Source: a virus
DNA: 64,000 nt
IMG/VR virus record: IMGVR_UViG_3300028840_006907
Location: 320,001-384,000 of that record
Strand: one strand, 5' to 3'
Part shown: positions 9,476 to 19,252 of the stretch, in pieces
How positions within the stretch are numbered: position 1 is the stretch's first letter
Layout of the letters: every line of letters begins with the position of its first letter
The notes under the pieces: generated by a model
Told to the model about the DNA's origin: nothing
What the model saw: only the letters and a program-made list of their open reading frames with translations
Databases searched by the model: none
Made by a program: the position numbers and the translations under genes

Positions 9476-11231
9476 ACGAATACTTGCGAATGTTGTCGAT
9501 TTTGATATGCATAACCTTTTTCCTCCACGAACCTTTATGGAGAATCTGGAAGATGCATCATCAGGAGAGTTTACATCTCAGCCTCAAAAAACTCTTAGGG
9601 AACGCCCTTATGGTACTCAACCATTAATGGTAACCCCTAAGTATGAGGGTGATTTCCTGAAAAAGTTACGGAAACCCGAACTAGAAGGCAAACCTGTAAT
9701 GCCTTTGGAAAATGTCGTGAATGTTTATGCTGCAAATCCAAATAATTTATGGGATTTCAGTATGCCTTCTGAATGGTTAAAACATCAGGAACGGCCTTTT
9801 CCCCGTAACCTCGTGGATCTCTATTATGAAACAAATAGGCCAGGTGAGGGTGTTGGAGAAAAAACTCTTGATGAATACCATGATCGGGGTTGGGATGCAG
9901 ATGATGCTCCTGAAATGTCAGAAGACAAACCTATTCGTAGAGGACCTTTTCCTGGGAAACCTTTAAAAGTTCCTTTTCATTCGGCATCAAAAAGAGTGGT
10001 GGCGTCATATTTATCTGAGTTTACGGAAAAAGATGAATGTTGTGGACCGAATGTAGGGATAGTTGTAGCATCATATTTAATGAATTGTGTTCCTTCTGAA
10101 TTTATTGTTAATTTTGAAAATATTAAAACCGCTATGTTATTAGAGGGGTTAGAAGAAAGTCGGATTGATAGTAAAACAAAAGGACTTCATAAATTAGAGA
10201 CTGGGGATGTGGTTGTAAGACCTTATAGAAATAGCCCTAAACAGGGTAAATGGATTTTTAAAACATTCTCAGGTCCAAGACCACCTGCAGCAATAGAGTG
10301 GCCTTATACTACAACTTTTGAGTTTATACCACATGGAAGAGAAAAACGAGTAAATAAACTTCATGTAAGAACGAGTTGCACTTGTCCTTCCTGGCTTTTT
10401 TGGGGTGCTCAATATAATGCTACTATGCAGGATTATAGGTATGGTCCTATAAGACCTAAGTTTGCTCCTCCTGACAAAAGAGATAAAAGGCGTAAGTTTT
10501 TAGCCTGTAAACATATCATAGCTTGTATTCCATATTTAGTTGGAACAGGACAACGTGGTAAATTTACCGATGAAGGTTTTTCTCTTCATATGATTGATGT
10601 TCCTGTAGAAAAGAGAAAACGGATCATAAAAGCTCCTAAATTTCAAATAATGAAAAAGGCTCCGATAGAAGAGTTAAGAATACCCCAGGAATTAATGAAA
10701 GCAGGTAAGAAGCCTGAAGTAAGATCTATTGTTTCTGAGTGGAAAACTGCTACTCCGCGTTTAAGAAAATCCATGTTGAAAAAGTTGGATGATGTTCAGG
10801 ATGTCTCTTACATAGCTCATAGGTTTCCTGAATCAGCTACTCATTTAGTTGCTGAGAGATTGAAGGAAATTGGTGATAAGACAAAACAGATGGATGTCAA
10901 GAAAGATGCGGTGGAGGAAATAAAAGTAATAGAGAAGATTGAGGATAAAGTTGAAAAAGCTCTTCCAGAAGTTCCGGCTGAATTGAGTCATTTTGAAGAT
11001 GATGAGAAGATCCAAAATTTATTAAAGGACATTAAAGAAACTCCTGGTTGGGAAAGAAAAAGTACACTTTTGAAGGAACAGGATGATGCTGATGCTCTTG
11101 CATATATGGCAATAGCTTTATATCGAGAGGATTTTGATGAAAGTGTTAATATTATCCTTGAAAAATTAAGTGATATGGTTAAGGAAAAGGGTGATCCAAA
11201 AGCCAAGAAATGGTCGGAGTATATTTATTAA
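9453..11231 (+). CDS. hypothetical protein with SWIM-type zinc finger
   Basis: 592 aa; CTCPSW...CKHIIAC fits the CxCxnCxH SWIM pattern. Start uncertain (TTG at 9453 or ATG at 9507). Confidence 0.5.
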   Translation: MDRKSQAKRILANVVDFDMHNLFPPRTFMENLEDASSGEFTSQPQKTLRERPYGTQPLMVTPKYEGDFLKKLRKPELEGKPVMPLENVVNVYAANPNNLWDFSMPSEWLKHQERPFPRNLVDLYYETNRPGEGVGEKTLDEYHDRGWDADDAPEMSEDKPIRRGPFPGKPLKVPFHSASKRVVASYLSEFTEKDECCGPNVGIVVASYLMNCVPSEFIVNFENIKTAMLLEGLEESRIDSKTKGLHKLETGDVVVRPYRNSPKQGKWIFKTFSGPRPPAAIEWPYTTTFEFIPHGREKRVNKLHVRTSCTCPSWLFWGAQYNATMQDYRYGPIRPKFAPPDKRDKRRKFLACKHIIACIPYLVGTGQRGKFTDEGFSLHMIDVPVEKRKRIIKAPKFQIMKKAPIEELRIPQELMKAGKKPEVRSIVSEWKTATPRLRKSMLKKLDDVQDVSYIAHRFPESATHLVAERLKEIGDKTKQMDVKKDAVEEIKVIEKIEDKVEKALPEVPAELSHFEDDEKIQNLLKDIKETPGWERKSTLLKEQDDADALAYMAIALYREDFDESVNIILEKLSDMVKEKGDPKAKKWSEYIY

Positions 11232-11578
11232 TGAAAATCGTTCCAGACATAATTTATTCAAAATGTAAAACTAGCTTGTATTGTAAAGGAGGAGAGACTC
11301 TAAATGATTCTTTGAATTACGGTTTCGCCTATATAGAACAACAGGATCATATCGTTGAATACATTGTGGCAAACAATCGTGTGATGAAAAGGATTTTGGG
11401 AGAAATCGGTGATTCAAAATTGAAACCTGAAAAACAATTTATTGGAGAACTCTGGACAGCAAAATTATTATTGTCGAATAAATTGCATGATTCACAAATA
11501 CTTTTTTCTAACAGTGTTTTTTCAATAGTTATAAATCTAAATCTAAATCCAAAGGAAGTTGACAATGCCTACATATGA
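11231..11578 (+). CDS. hypothetical protein
   Basis: ATG at 11231 overlaps the upstream stop (TAATG), suggesting translational coupling; track start 11210 is an alternative. Confidence 0.4.
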   Translation: MKIVPDIIYSKCKTSLYCKGGETLNDSLNYGFAYIEQQDHIVEYIVANNRVMKRILGEIGDSKLKPEKQFIGELWTAKLLLSNKLHDSQILFSNSVFSIVINLNLNPKEVDNAYI

Positions 11579-11954
11579 CTATTCCTGTTCTTCTTGTAAG
11601 GTAGTAGAAGAGCATATACACCCAATAAATGATGAACCAAAATATAAATGCCCTAAATGCGGTAAAGTAATGAAAAAAATAATTTCAGGTAGTTTCGGAG
11701 GATTTATAATGAAGGGTGGAACACCTGCTATTCATTATAGAGAGAAACAGCAACGCTTAAAAAATAGTGAAAAAATGGAGAAAAAACAGAGGCAAACATG
11801 GGGAGACTCTGGGCCTAAGATAGCCCCCAATATAGCGGGTGTGAGAACTGATTCTTGGTCAGATGCTCAGAAGATGGCTAAAGAGGCAGGAATGAATCAT
11901 GAGAGTTATACACCATATGTAGAGAAGGAAAAGAAGAAAAAAATCATCATTTAA
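11565..11954 (+). CDS. FmdB-family zinc-ribbon protein
   Basis: N-terminus MPTYDYSCSSC...CPKCG is the characteristic FmdB pattern; RBS AAAGGAAG upstream of ATG 11565. Confidence 0.6.
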   Translation: MPTYDYSCSSCKVVEEHIHPINDEPKYKCPKCGKVMKKIISGSFGGFIMKGGTPAIHYREKQQRLKNSEKMEKKQRQTWGDSGPKIAPNIAGVRTDSWSDAQKMAKEAGMNHESYTPYVEKEKKKKIII

Positions 11955-12005
11955 GTCTTAATAATCTTTTGATATCGGTTTTATATTAAAATAAGGAATT
12001 TATCT

Positions 12006-12647
12006 ATGAATAGTTTTATTGAACCTCTTTATAAAGCAGTCGATTTGATCAAATTTGGTTGGAGTCGAGAAGCTGGTGCAGTCTCATATAATATGTATGT
12101 AGGACAGACTTCAGGGTCTTTATCACAACTTTACACAGATATACCTGATGTAGCAAGCAAACAACCCGTTGGACTAGGGAAAGTTATCCGTGATGCAACG
12201 ATAGAAGATGTAAGATCGACTTTAAGTCTAGCAAGTACAGTTAATTTTGGTAATAGGACGTTGTATTTTGCCATCACTTATGTAGACTCAGTAGGAGCAG
12301 AAAGTGCCCTAGCTGATTCCAGAATAGTAGAAGTACCCCCAGTTGGCATAACTCCAAAAACTATGAAAGATGATCCAACAATCAGAAGACAGGGATTTGT
12401 CTATAGTGAGGATTTATTAAAATGGGTAAAAATGGCTGGTTCCGCAAGTGGTGCTTTAATTACAAGTGAATCGAGTTTTTATTCAGATAATATTACAACT
12501 GAATATACTTATGACGGAACAAATCTATCGACTGAGAAGTCTTATTTAAGTGATGCCACGACTGCAGGGTCACCGGCAAAATTAAAGACATATACTTATT
12601 CTGGGAGTGATTTAATTAAGGTTGTAGTAACGGACAGCACCGTTTAA
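12006..12647 (+). CDS. hypothetical protein with fibronectin-III-like pattern (possible structural protein)
   Basis: 213 aa; W...Y..Y...L...YFAITYVDSVGAES spacing resembles an FN3/Ig-like beta-sandwich. Confidence 0.45.
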   Translation: MNSFIEPLYKAVDLIKFGWSREAGAVSYNMYVGQTSGSLSQLYTDIPDVASKQPVGLGKVIRDATIEDVRSTLSLASTVNFGNRTLYFAITYVDSVGAESALADSRIVEVPPVGITPKTMKDDPTIRRQGFVYSEDLLKWVKMAGSASGALITSESSFYSDNITTEYTYDGTNLSTEKSYLSDATTAGSPAKLKTYTYSGSDLIKVVVTDSTV

Positions 12648-12723
12648 TAATCTATTGATACGGAAAAAATAGTATATCTCAGGATTATAATGACAATTTA
12701 TTAATAGCTAAGGAGGAAATACC

Positions 12724-12990
12724 ATGGCAATTCCTACAGTAATAGTCAACTATGATGGTACTGATTACGGCAGAGTTTATCTAGGTGATGTTGGTCGAAG
12801 ACATCAGCTCGGAGGTGCGAAGGGCCTTTATTCTTTAGGTCAAGATCGTTATCTCAGTAGTGGTCAAGATGCAACATTTATCGCTACAAGTGATGTAATC
12901 ATGAGTGCCACATATGCCGGAGCAGATAGAACCGGTCAGATTAAGAACATGGAAGACAGGGGTGCCTTTACAGTTACTGACACCTTTTAA
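12724..12990 (+). CDS. small hypothetical protein, likely highly expressed
   Basis: 88 aa; strong RBS AAGGAGG; followed by a strong intrinsic terminator. Confidence 0.5.
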   Translation: MAIPTVIVNYDGTDYGRVYLGDVGRRHQLGGAKGLYSLGQDRYLSSGQDATFIATSDVIMSATYAGADRTGQIKNMEDRGAFTVTDTF

Positions 12991-13033
12991 ACGGTCATAA
13001 AGATGTAATGTATTAGAAATCAGCCCTTAAGAA

Positions 13034-13067
13034 GGCCACCGTTATTTTTAAGGGTGGCCTTTTTTTA
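13034..13067 (+). terminator. rho-independent terminator
   Basis: GGCCACC - 12-nt loop - GGTGGCC followed by a T7 tract. Confidence 0.55.
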
Positions 13068-13113
13068 TAAGATATTAGATAACAGATTTAAATATTAGAT
13101 AAGAGAGTTTTTT

Positions 13114-13410
13114 ATGGACGAAAATGAAATTATTACTGATGACAGTTTTGATGCTTCATCTGGCTATCAAACATGTGATTTATATTTGGCAGCTTTTTTT
13201 CTTTCTGCTGGATGTGAAATGATGAAATCAGTACGGAATAAGAGAACAAAAAGAGTTTATTTTCTTTTTGAAAAGAATCCAACACTGAAAGATTTAAAAT
13301 TAGATTACTTTAGCCGTAAAGCTAAAATTGATGCTTTAACATTTGCTGATAATGTGAAATCTCTTAAAAGTCTATGCCATAATATATCGACTATGAGGGA
13401 TATGAGTTAA
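13114..13410 (+). CDS. hypothetical protein
   Basis: 98-aa ORF with ATG start. Confidence 0.4.
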   Translation: MDENEIITDDSFDASSGYQTCDLYLAAFFLSAGCEMMKSVRNKRTKRVYFLFEKNPTLKDLKLDYFSRKAKIDALTFADNVKSLKSLCHNISTMRDMS

Positions 13411-13427
13411 ATCTAAAAGGGGGCATA

Positions 13428-13598
13428 AATGGCTACCACTATTGTAAATCAAGAAAGAGAAAAGGTGATTTCTCCTACTCTAGGAGATAAAATGTCTTCA
13501 TCAGAGCCTAGTGTTTATTATGTTACACATAAATGGGTTCTTGATTCTACGAGCAATGTGCCTGTTGGTACTCAAGTCGAAATAAGTTTTCCTTCTTA
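13428..13598 (+). CDS. small hypothetical protein (56 aa), absent from ORF track
   Basis: ATG preceded by AAAAGGGGG RBS; fills an otherwise unexplained gap between 13410 and 13614. Confidence 0.3.
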
Positions 13599-13613
13599 AA
13601 AGGTTTATAATAT

Positions 13614-14051
13614 ATGTTGCTAAATGATTTTGTTCGAGTTGTCAATGCAGCGAAAAAATTCAAAATAAAAGATAAATTTGAATTTATTTCGTTTGATGAT
13701 ATTACTCATGAAACAGGTGGATTGAAAGATGATCCCGAAAGTATTGAAATTTGGGCTGCTGTAAAAATCTTTTATGAAGGCGAACTCCCCGATAGTTATA
13801 AAGCACTCAATCTTATTATCGGGGATTGGGTAGAAAAGAATAAAAGTGAATTAACAAAAGTCCTTCATTCTGAATTGAAATATCACTTTAAAGAAAAATA
13901 TAAAGACAGTGATTCGGAAGAACTGGATAAACTTGATGATTCAGCTATATGGGCGGATCAACTAGATTATATGCCTGCTACAGTTGAAGGTGAAAAAGCA
14001 TTAATGATTGAAATTGAACTTGTTCTTCACGCTGAACCTATCGAGGAATAA
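13614..14051 (+). CDS. acidic hypothetical protein
   Basis: 145-aa D/E-rich ORF. Confidence 0.45.
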   Translation: MLLNDFVRVVNAAKKFKIKDKFEFISFDDITHETGGLKDDPESIEIWAAVKIFYEGELPDSYKALNLIIGDWVEKNKSELTKVLHSELKYHFKEKYKDSDSEELDKLDDSAIWADQLDYMPATVEGEKALMIEIELVLHAEPIEE

Positions 14052-14053
14052 TT

Positions 14054-14431
14054 ATGAGGAAATCTAATGAATCTACTGATAGAGCATGTAATGCTGTTGT
14101 TGACTATATAGATGAAGGATCATTATACTCTGCCGGTAGATTGGTTATTTATCGGCAAGATTCTAGTGTCATGTCAATTCATAGCCTTTCTGATCCAGCA
14201 TGTATAGACTCAACTGATGGGACCGCAGTATTTAATACTATCTATGATGCTACAGCTATGCTAGACGGTACAGCAACAACATTCGATGTATTAAATAAAG
14301 ATGCAAGTAATGTCTTTGATGGAAGCGTATCCTTAACAAATGGCTCAGGTGATCTGAAATTACCTGCTACAACCATATATCAGGATTCCACCATTAATAT
14401 CTCATATGCCTTTTACTCTGTCCCACGGTAA
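14054..14431 (+). CDS. hypothetical protein
   Basis: 125-aa ORF, tight spacing. Confidence 0.4.
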   Translation: MRKSNESTDRACNAVVDYIDEGSLYSAGRLVIYRQDSSVMSIHSLSDPACIDSTDGTAVFNTIYDATAMLDGTATTFDVLNKDASNVFDGSVSLTNGSGDLKLPATTIYQDSTINISYAFYSVPR

Positions 14432-14437
14432 GGTCCT

Positions 14438-15013
14438 ATGGATATTTATGACGGAAAACTATCCCTTGTTGATAGTACCCATATTAGTGAATTTATAGGG
14501 AGTATTACTCTTACTAGTTCTCTTCGACTTGTTGATACCACTCATACCGTTTCCCTTACTGGGTATGTCTTAAATGACTCAACTTATCTCCCTGGTGATG
14601 CTACCTTTGCTCAAGGCAGTGAGCTAACTTCTGCTGATATGACGGTTGTCTTTGCTGACTGGACATATGCTCACGGTGTTCCGAATATTGATGGTACCCT
14701 TGTAGATGGGACTTTAGGTTATAGATGGTTTGATCCATATAGAATTCATTACAGTATTTATTATATGGATTATGATACCTCTGATTTTAATCTTATCGGA
14801 TATAGGTATCGAGAACCAGGTCGTCAAAATGTAGGTTTATATTTTGCCCCTATGATAGTAGGGCAACCTGGTCATTACGAAAATAGATGGGTATATCAAA
14901 GAGAAGTATTGGGCTATTCTCAAGAAATAAGACAAAAATTTACTTCTATGTCCAGTGGCCTGGACGCTATGAGAGATTACCCAGTGGATTCCACTAGTGG
15001 TGACAGTACGTAA
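14438..15013 (+). CDS. hypothetical protein
   Basis: 191-aa ORF. Confidence 0.4.
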   Translation: MDIYDGKLSLVDSTHISEFIGSITLTSSLRLVDTTHTVSLTGYVLNDSTYLPGDATFAQGSELTSADMTVVFADWTYAHGVPNIDGTLVDGTLGYRWFDPYRIHYSIYYMDYDTSDFNLIGYRYREPGRQNVGLYFAPMIVGQPGHYENRWVYQREVLGYSQEIRQKFTSMSSGLDAMRDYPVDSTSGDST

Positions 15014-15027
15014 ATGGAGGATTTAAA

Positions 15028-15807
15028 ATGAAAATATCGAATTTAACTTTAGAACTTGATAAAATAGCGGATGAAATCCAGGTCCAGGATCCTACTATAG
15101 CCCTTGCTATTGATAAAATATCTGATGCTTTGGAGAATCCTAAAAAGAAAATCGATCCTTCAACTTTAACAGATGAACAAATTAAAAAGATGAAAGTTCA
15201 TCTTAGAGTCAGAACTGCTCGATATGTTATTAGTAGTGAAACTTTGCATATGTTAAAGGAAGCAGGTCTTAAGGAAGATTTTGATAAAATATTCAGTAAA
15301 GGTAAAGCCACATGGTTTAATTTATGGAATAAAATTAAAGATAAAACTCTTATGGCTGAAATAAAAGCTTTAAATTCTGTCCATGCTATCAAAGAATTCC
15401 TTAAAAAAAATCCTGCAATGAAATGGACTGTATTAAGTGCTATTGCCTTAGGTCTCATATCTTTGCCTTTGGCAGCGAATGTCGATATCATATCTCCAAG
15501 TAATTTAATTGATCTTGTCACTAGTATCGATATTGATATAGTGATGGATCCATCTGGATTCCCTTCTCTTGAAATCACTATTGATGATTCATGGATACAG
15601 GAAGTAGCTCAAGAAAGTATGATGGATGCAAAATCTAAAGAGCAGTTAAAATCCAATCTTAAAGATAGTCTTATGGAGATTTTAACTGAAAAGTATGAAA
15701 GAAGTCCTTTGAAAAAAGTTATTAAAAAAGAACAGATAATTCCACATCTCCAACGAATTATTAAAGAGCAATTATGGCCAAAAATTTTAAAATATTTAGT
15801 TATATAA
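15028..15807 (+). CDS. hypothetical membrane-associated protein
   Basis: 259 aa; GGAGGA RBS; hydrophobic segment WTVLSAIALGLISLPLAANV. Confidence 0.45.
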   Translation: MKISNLTLELDKIADEIQVQDPTIALAIDKISDALENPKKKIDPSTLTDEQIKKMKVHLRVRTARYVISSETLHMLKEAGLKEDFDKIFSKGKATWFNLWNKIKDKTLMAEIKALNSVHAIKEFLKKNPAMKWTVLSAIALGLISLPLAANVDIISPSNLIDLVTSIDIDIVMDPSGFPSLEITIDDSWIQEVAQESMMDAKSKEQLKSNLKDSLMEILTEKYERSPLKKVIKKEQIIPHLQRIIKEQLWPKILKYLVI

Positions 15808-15822
15808 TAAAGGAGATATAAG

Positions 15823-15966
15823 ATGCCTACTAGAAAAGTTTATGGTGGTAAAAATTATGATTGGAATTATGGTAGAACCAGAGATGATTTAAAAGCTGAA
15901 GCAAAATGGAAAGAATCAAAAGACCGGAAAGAACGTCAAGAACAAGACAAAAGAAATAAGAAATAA
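15823..15966 (+). CDS. small basic hypothetical protein (47 aa), absent from ORF track
   Basis: AAAGGAG RBS then ATG; K/R-rich; stop directly abuts the next gene's ATG at 15967. Confidence 0.3.
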   Translation: MPTRKVYGGKNYDWNYGRTRDDLKAEAKWKESKDRKERQEQDKRNKK

Positions 15967-16536
15967 ATGTTTTATAGAAGAGAATTAATTGATCTAAATT
16001 CTAGTGAAGGAAAGACTCTAATGGAATGTATGTTGCCAGGTTGTCAGGGCAATGAGTTTAAAGAGACTGTTGCCAATAGATTAAGAAAAGTCTCACGGAT
16101 ACTTAAGGCTCAATTCTATGACATCGATCCTGAAATGCTCCTGAGACTATATCAGGATTATCTCGAAGAAATGCCTGATAATTGGAATTATATCCTTCCA
16201 CCTGAACTTAATGAAATTATAAAAAGTGGTCAGGCTAGTAATTATTTTCTACTTGATATTCGGAAACCTGAAGATTTTCAGGAAGTTCGTATACCAGGTA
16301 CAGTAAATATCTATTGGCAAGATGTATTGAAAAAAGAAAATTTAAATAAATTGCCTATTGATAAAGAAATAATAATTATTTGTTATCTTGGTCATACAAG
16401 TTCTCAGATCTTGGTTATTTTGTCCACATTAGGTTACCGTTGTAGATCTCTGAAGTTCGGGATGGGTAAAAGTCCCGATGTAAAAGTACTTATAAAGGGT
16501 TGGTTGGATTATAATTTCCCAGTGATAAAACAATAG
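15967..16536 (+). CDS. rhodanese-like domain protein
   Basis: 189 aa; IIIICYLGHTSSQ matches the rhodanese active-site loop (CxxGxxS) after a hydrophobic strand. Confidence 0.55.
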   Translation: MFYRRELIDLNSSEGKTLMECMLPGCQGNEFKETVANRLRKVSRILKAQFYDIDPEMLLRLYQDYLEEMPDNWNYILPPELNEIIKSGQASNYFLLDIRKPEDFQEVRIPGTVNIYWQDVLKKENLNKLPIDKEIIIICYLGHTSSQILVILSTLGYRCRSLKFGMGKSPDVKVLIKGWLDYNFPVIKQ

Positions 16537-16543
16537 ATTTATT

Positions 16544-17032
16544 ATGAATAAGCAATCGTTTAATAAAGAAAATGTTACAGAACTTCTTAGTCAATTGAAA
16601 AAAGTAGTTAATCGGGATTTGGGTGATGAATATAATCAGGAATTAATAGAATTAAGTAGGAAAATAGACCGAAATTTTAAAAAGAGAAAATTAGTAATGC
16701 GGGTGGCTTCTAATTTTTTAAAAACTATTCTTGCTACAATGGCATATAGTACTCATGGTAAATGGTCACCTTCAAAAGAGATTTATAAAACTGAAAAAGA
16801 ACGTGGTAATAAAGTTGATAAACTTCTTTTACAAGAAAATTATGACGCTATTTGGGTATGCCCTAAACCAGAAGATTGTGTAAGATATAATAGAAGTAGT
16901 GATGAAGAAGATGATCCTGTAACACAGGAAGAAATTGATGAACTCGTCAAAGTCAATTTGAGTGGAGCTACACACGTAAAATCTATGGATGATGGTGATG
17001 GCGGGGAATTATGGATTAGAAAGGCAAAGTAG
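16544..17032 (+). CDS. hypothetical protein
   Basis: 162-aa ORF between rhodanese-like and sulfotransferase-like genes. Confidence 0.4.
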   Translation: MNKQSFNKENVTELLSQLKKVVNRDLGDEYNQELIELSRKIDRNFKKRKLVMRVASNFLKTILATMAYSTHGKWSPSKEIYKTEKERGNKVDKLLLQENYDAIWVCPKPEDCVRYNRSSDEEDDPVTQEEIDELVKVNLSGATHVKSMDDGDGGELWIRKAK

Positions 17033-17610
17033 TGATTTGTTCTGATGAATATCAATTCATATTTTATGCAGTCCCTAAAACCGGTTCTCGATCCATGCAA
17101 AATTTTCTTCAACGTTACGGTCGTCGCTCTGTAACTGGCTGGTCACCTAATCATAATAATTATGAAGAAGTAAAAAGTGATGTAGGTATAGAAAAAAGTA
17201 ATAAATATTTTAAGTTTGCTTTTTTCAGAAATCCATGGGCTATGCTTGTATCCATGTATTTCTATAATATGCATATATGGGGACTAAATGCCAAAAAAGA
17301 TTCTGTTGTAAATTGGCTTAATACATATAAAGGCGGGGATCCTTATATTCCTTATATTTTTGATAATGAAGGAAATGCCATTTTGGATTTTATGGGTAAG
17401 TTAGAAAATTCCAGAGAAGATTTAAAAACTGTCTGTAAAATGTTAAAGATCCCGATCTCAGGAGAATTGTCCCATATAGGAAAACAACATGTAAAAGGAA
17501 GATTGGATTATAGAGCGTATTATGAAAGTCCAGTACTAGTGGAAAAAATAAGAAAGATATTTTCAAAAAGTCTTAGTGTGTTAAATTATGACTTTAATGA
17601 AGGGGTTTAA
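17032..17610 (+). CDS. sulfotransferase-family protein
   Basis: 192 aa; N-terminal AVPKTGSRS (5'-PSB-like) and FRNPWAMLVSMY (3'-PB-like) motifs. Apparent GTG start overlapping the upstream stop. Confidence 0.6.
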   Translation: MICSDEYQFIFYAVPKTGSRSMQNFLQRYGRRSVTGWSPNHNNYEEVKSDVGIEKSNKYFKFAFFRNPWAMLVSMYFYNMHIWGLNAKKDSVVNWLNTYKGGDPYIPYIFDNEGNAILDFMGKLENSREDLKTVCKMLKIPISGELSHIGKQHVKGRLDYRAYYESPVLVEKIRKIFSKSLSVLNYDFNEGV

Positions 17611-17673
17611 CTTAAATATAAAGCTAGGGTCTTATAAGTTGTGATGGGCTTATATATGACTAAAGTGTGGTAA

Positions 17674-17715
17674 GTGGTCAAGGTTCTTAGAGAGGTCCCT
17701 TGACCACTTTTATTT
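17674..17715 (+). terminator. rho-independent terminator
   Basis: GTGGTCAAGG - loop - CCTTGACCAC followed by TTTTATTT. Confidence 0.5.
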
Positions 17716-17765
17716 AATTTAAGTATATTAATTTCCCAGAGAGCATAACTAATGCAAAGAAGTTT

Positions 17766-17808
17766 AGGTTGTGGGACCAAGGTCAGGGTTCTGCAACCTA
17801 TTTTTTTA
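17766..17808 (+). terminator. terminator-like hairpin with T-tract
   Basis: AGGTTG ... CAACCT stem followed by ATTTTTTTAT; second of several hairpins in a 340-bp non-coding gap. Confidence 0.4.
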
Positions 17809-17949
17809 TCCTATAATACCTCCCATAATTTATGCCCATTAAAGAGGCCAGTAAAAATTTATTTTCTGGCATTTTTTGTAATAAACTTCTAATATCTGTA
17901 ACCTCCGATAAAGGGAAAGCGACTATTACCCTAAAAAGGAGGTCCGTTT

Positions 17950-18816
17950 ATGGACAAAAAATATGAAGACCGAATGCTTGTCGTTTTTATCTTAGTGGGT
18001 CTAGTTGGTGGGTCACTGTTCTATTTCCTTAAAGATGGTCAGCCTCTCAGCTCAATTTTCATGACTTTCGCTCTATCAAGTATCCTCTATCGATTCCTGG
18101 GTGGAATTGGCCAAGGCACAAAATTCAGTGTCGGAGCATTTCGGTTAGGTGGTAGTGCAGCCTTCATGATCGGCTGTATCTTTTTTATCAACGAGTACAT
18201 TTTCCCAAAACCAGAAATCAACACCATTGTTTTAAGTACTCCCCAGGATCGATGGGTTCCTGTTAAATACCCTACAGGTGAGTATGTGAATGTTAAGGTA
18301 TTAACTCCTTCTGGAGATACTATTATTCATGGTATAAGTAGTGTAGAAATGGATGCTTTAAAAAAAAGGGAATACTGCATCACAAAAGAAGGGGAGAATT
18401 TTTATATCTGTTCTAATGCTGATTCAACGGTAATAGGCCATCTTAAGTTTGAAGATGTTTTTAAAGCTATTGAAAATGATATCCATATCACAGTCCAAGA
18501 TTTTCGGGTTTTTAAATTATACCCTAATCCTATAAATGACCCAAAAGATCAAGAAAAGAAATATAAAACTACTGATTCACTTGATGCTGTAAGTCAGACT
18601 TTTCCCATAGTAATCGAAGTCGATAAAACTAATATGAATATAAAGACAAAGGATGACAGTTTATTAACATCAGATGTACCTCGTAGTGAAAAATTCTATT
18701 TAGTTGATATTGAAAATGAGTATTTTATAGTTACAATATTACATGCTAATTTAGAAACATCAGAAAGTAAATGGTATTCTGAGTTTCTTGTTGGAAAAGT
18801 ATCTATTAATCGATAG
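17950..18816 (+). CDS. hypothetical membrane protein
   Basis: 288 aa; AAAGGAGG RBS; ~3 N-terminal hydrophobic helices. Confidence 0.45.
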   Translation: MDKKYEDRMLVVFILVGLVGGSLFYFLKDGQPLSSIFMTFALSSILYRFLGGIGQGTKFSVGAFRLGGSAAFMIGCIFFINEYIFPKPEINTIVLSTPQDRWVPVKYPTGEYVNVKVLTPSGDTIIHGISSVEMDALKKREYCITKEGENFYICSNADSTVIGHLKFEDVFKAIENDIHITVQDFRVFKLYPNPINDPKDQEKKYKTTDSLDAVSQTFPIVIEVDKTNMNIKTKDDSLLTSDVPRSEKFYLVDIENEYFIVTILHANLETSESKWYSEFLVGKVSINR

Positions 18817-18823
18817 AGGTAAT

Positions 18824-19252
18824 ATGAGCAATATGAAAATTGCAATAGCTTCTTATATGCGTTATACAGTTGTTTTAGCCAACTTGAAAGAGCATTTCAA
18901 AAGAGAACTCGATCTAGCTGGCCTATTTGATAAAGACTCCGATTATAATGGAATGATAGGTAACGCTGTTATGGACCTGTGTAAAGTCTTCTCTGATCAG
19001 GGCCATAGCGGGTTCTCCGCGAACTGGGTTCTGAAATTGTTCGATACTCTTGGTCACTATAAAACGTTGACTCCTATTACAGATAATCCGAAAGAGTGGA
19101 TGAAGGTTACAGATGGCCTCGGTAGAGATGAACCGGTCTGGCAGAGTAATCGAAATCCTTCCCTTTTTTCTAATAATGGTGGAAAGAGTTATTATGATGT
19201 AGACGATAAGAAGCGTAAGAAGATCCGCTCTAAAAAGTTTAAAAAGAAATAA
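18824..19252 (+). CDS. hypothetical protein
   Basis: Track start 18788 is TTG; in-frame ATG at 18824 has an AGAGGT RBS. Confidence 0.4.
   Translation: MSNMKIAIASYMRYTVVLANLKEHFKRELDLAGLFDKDSDYNGMIGNAVMDLCKVFSDQGHSGFSANWVLKLFDTLGHYKTLTPITDNPKEWMKVTDGLGRDEPVWQSNRNPSLFSNNGGKSYYDVDDKKRKKIRSKKFKKK

Noticed and set aside
9319-9627. 102-aa plus-strand ORF overlapping the end of 8012-9475 and start of 9453-11231
   Set aside because: Out of frame within two better-supported genes and has no RBS; most likely spurious.
17611-17949. tRNA gene in the hairpin-rich intergenic gap
   Set aside because: No cloverleaf arrangement or T-loop (GTTCnAnnC) consensus recognisable; the hairpins are followed by T-tracts like terminators.
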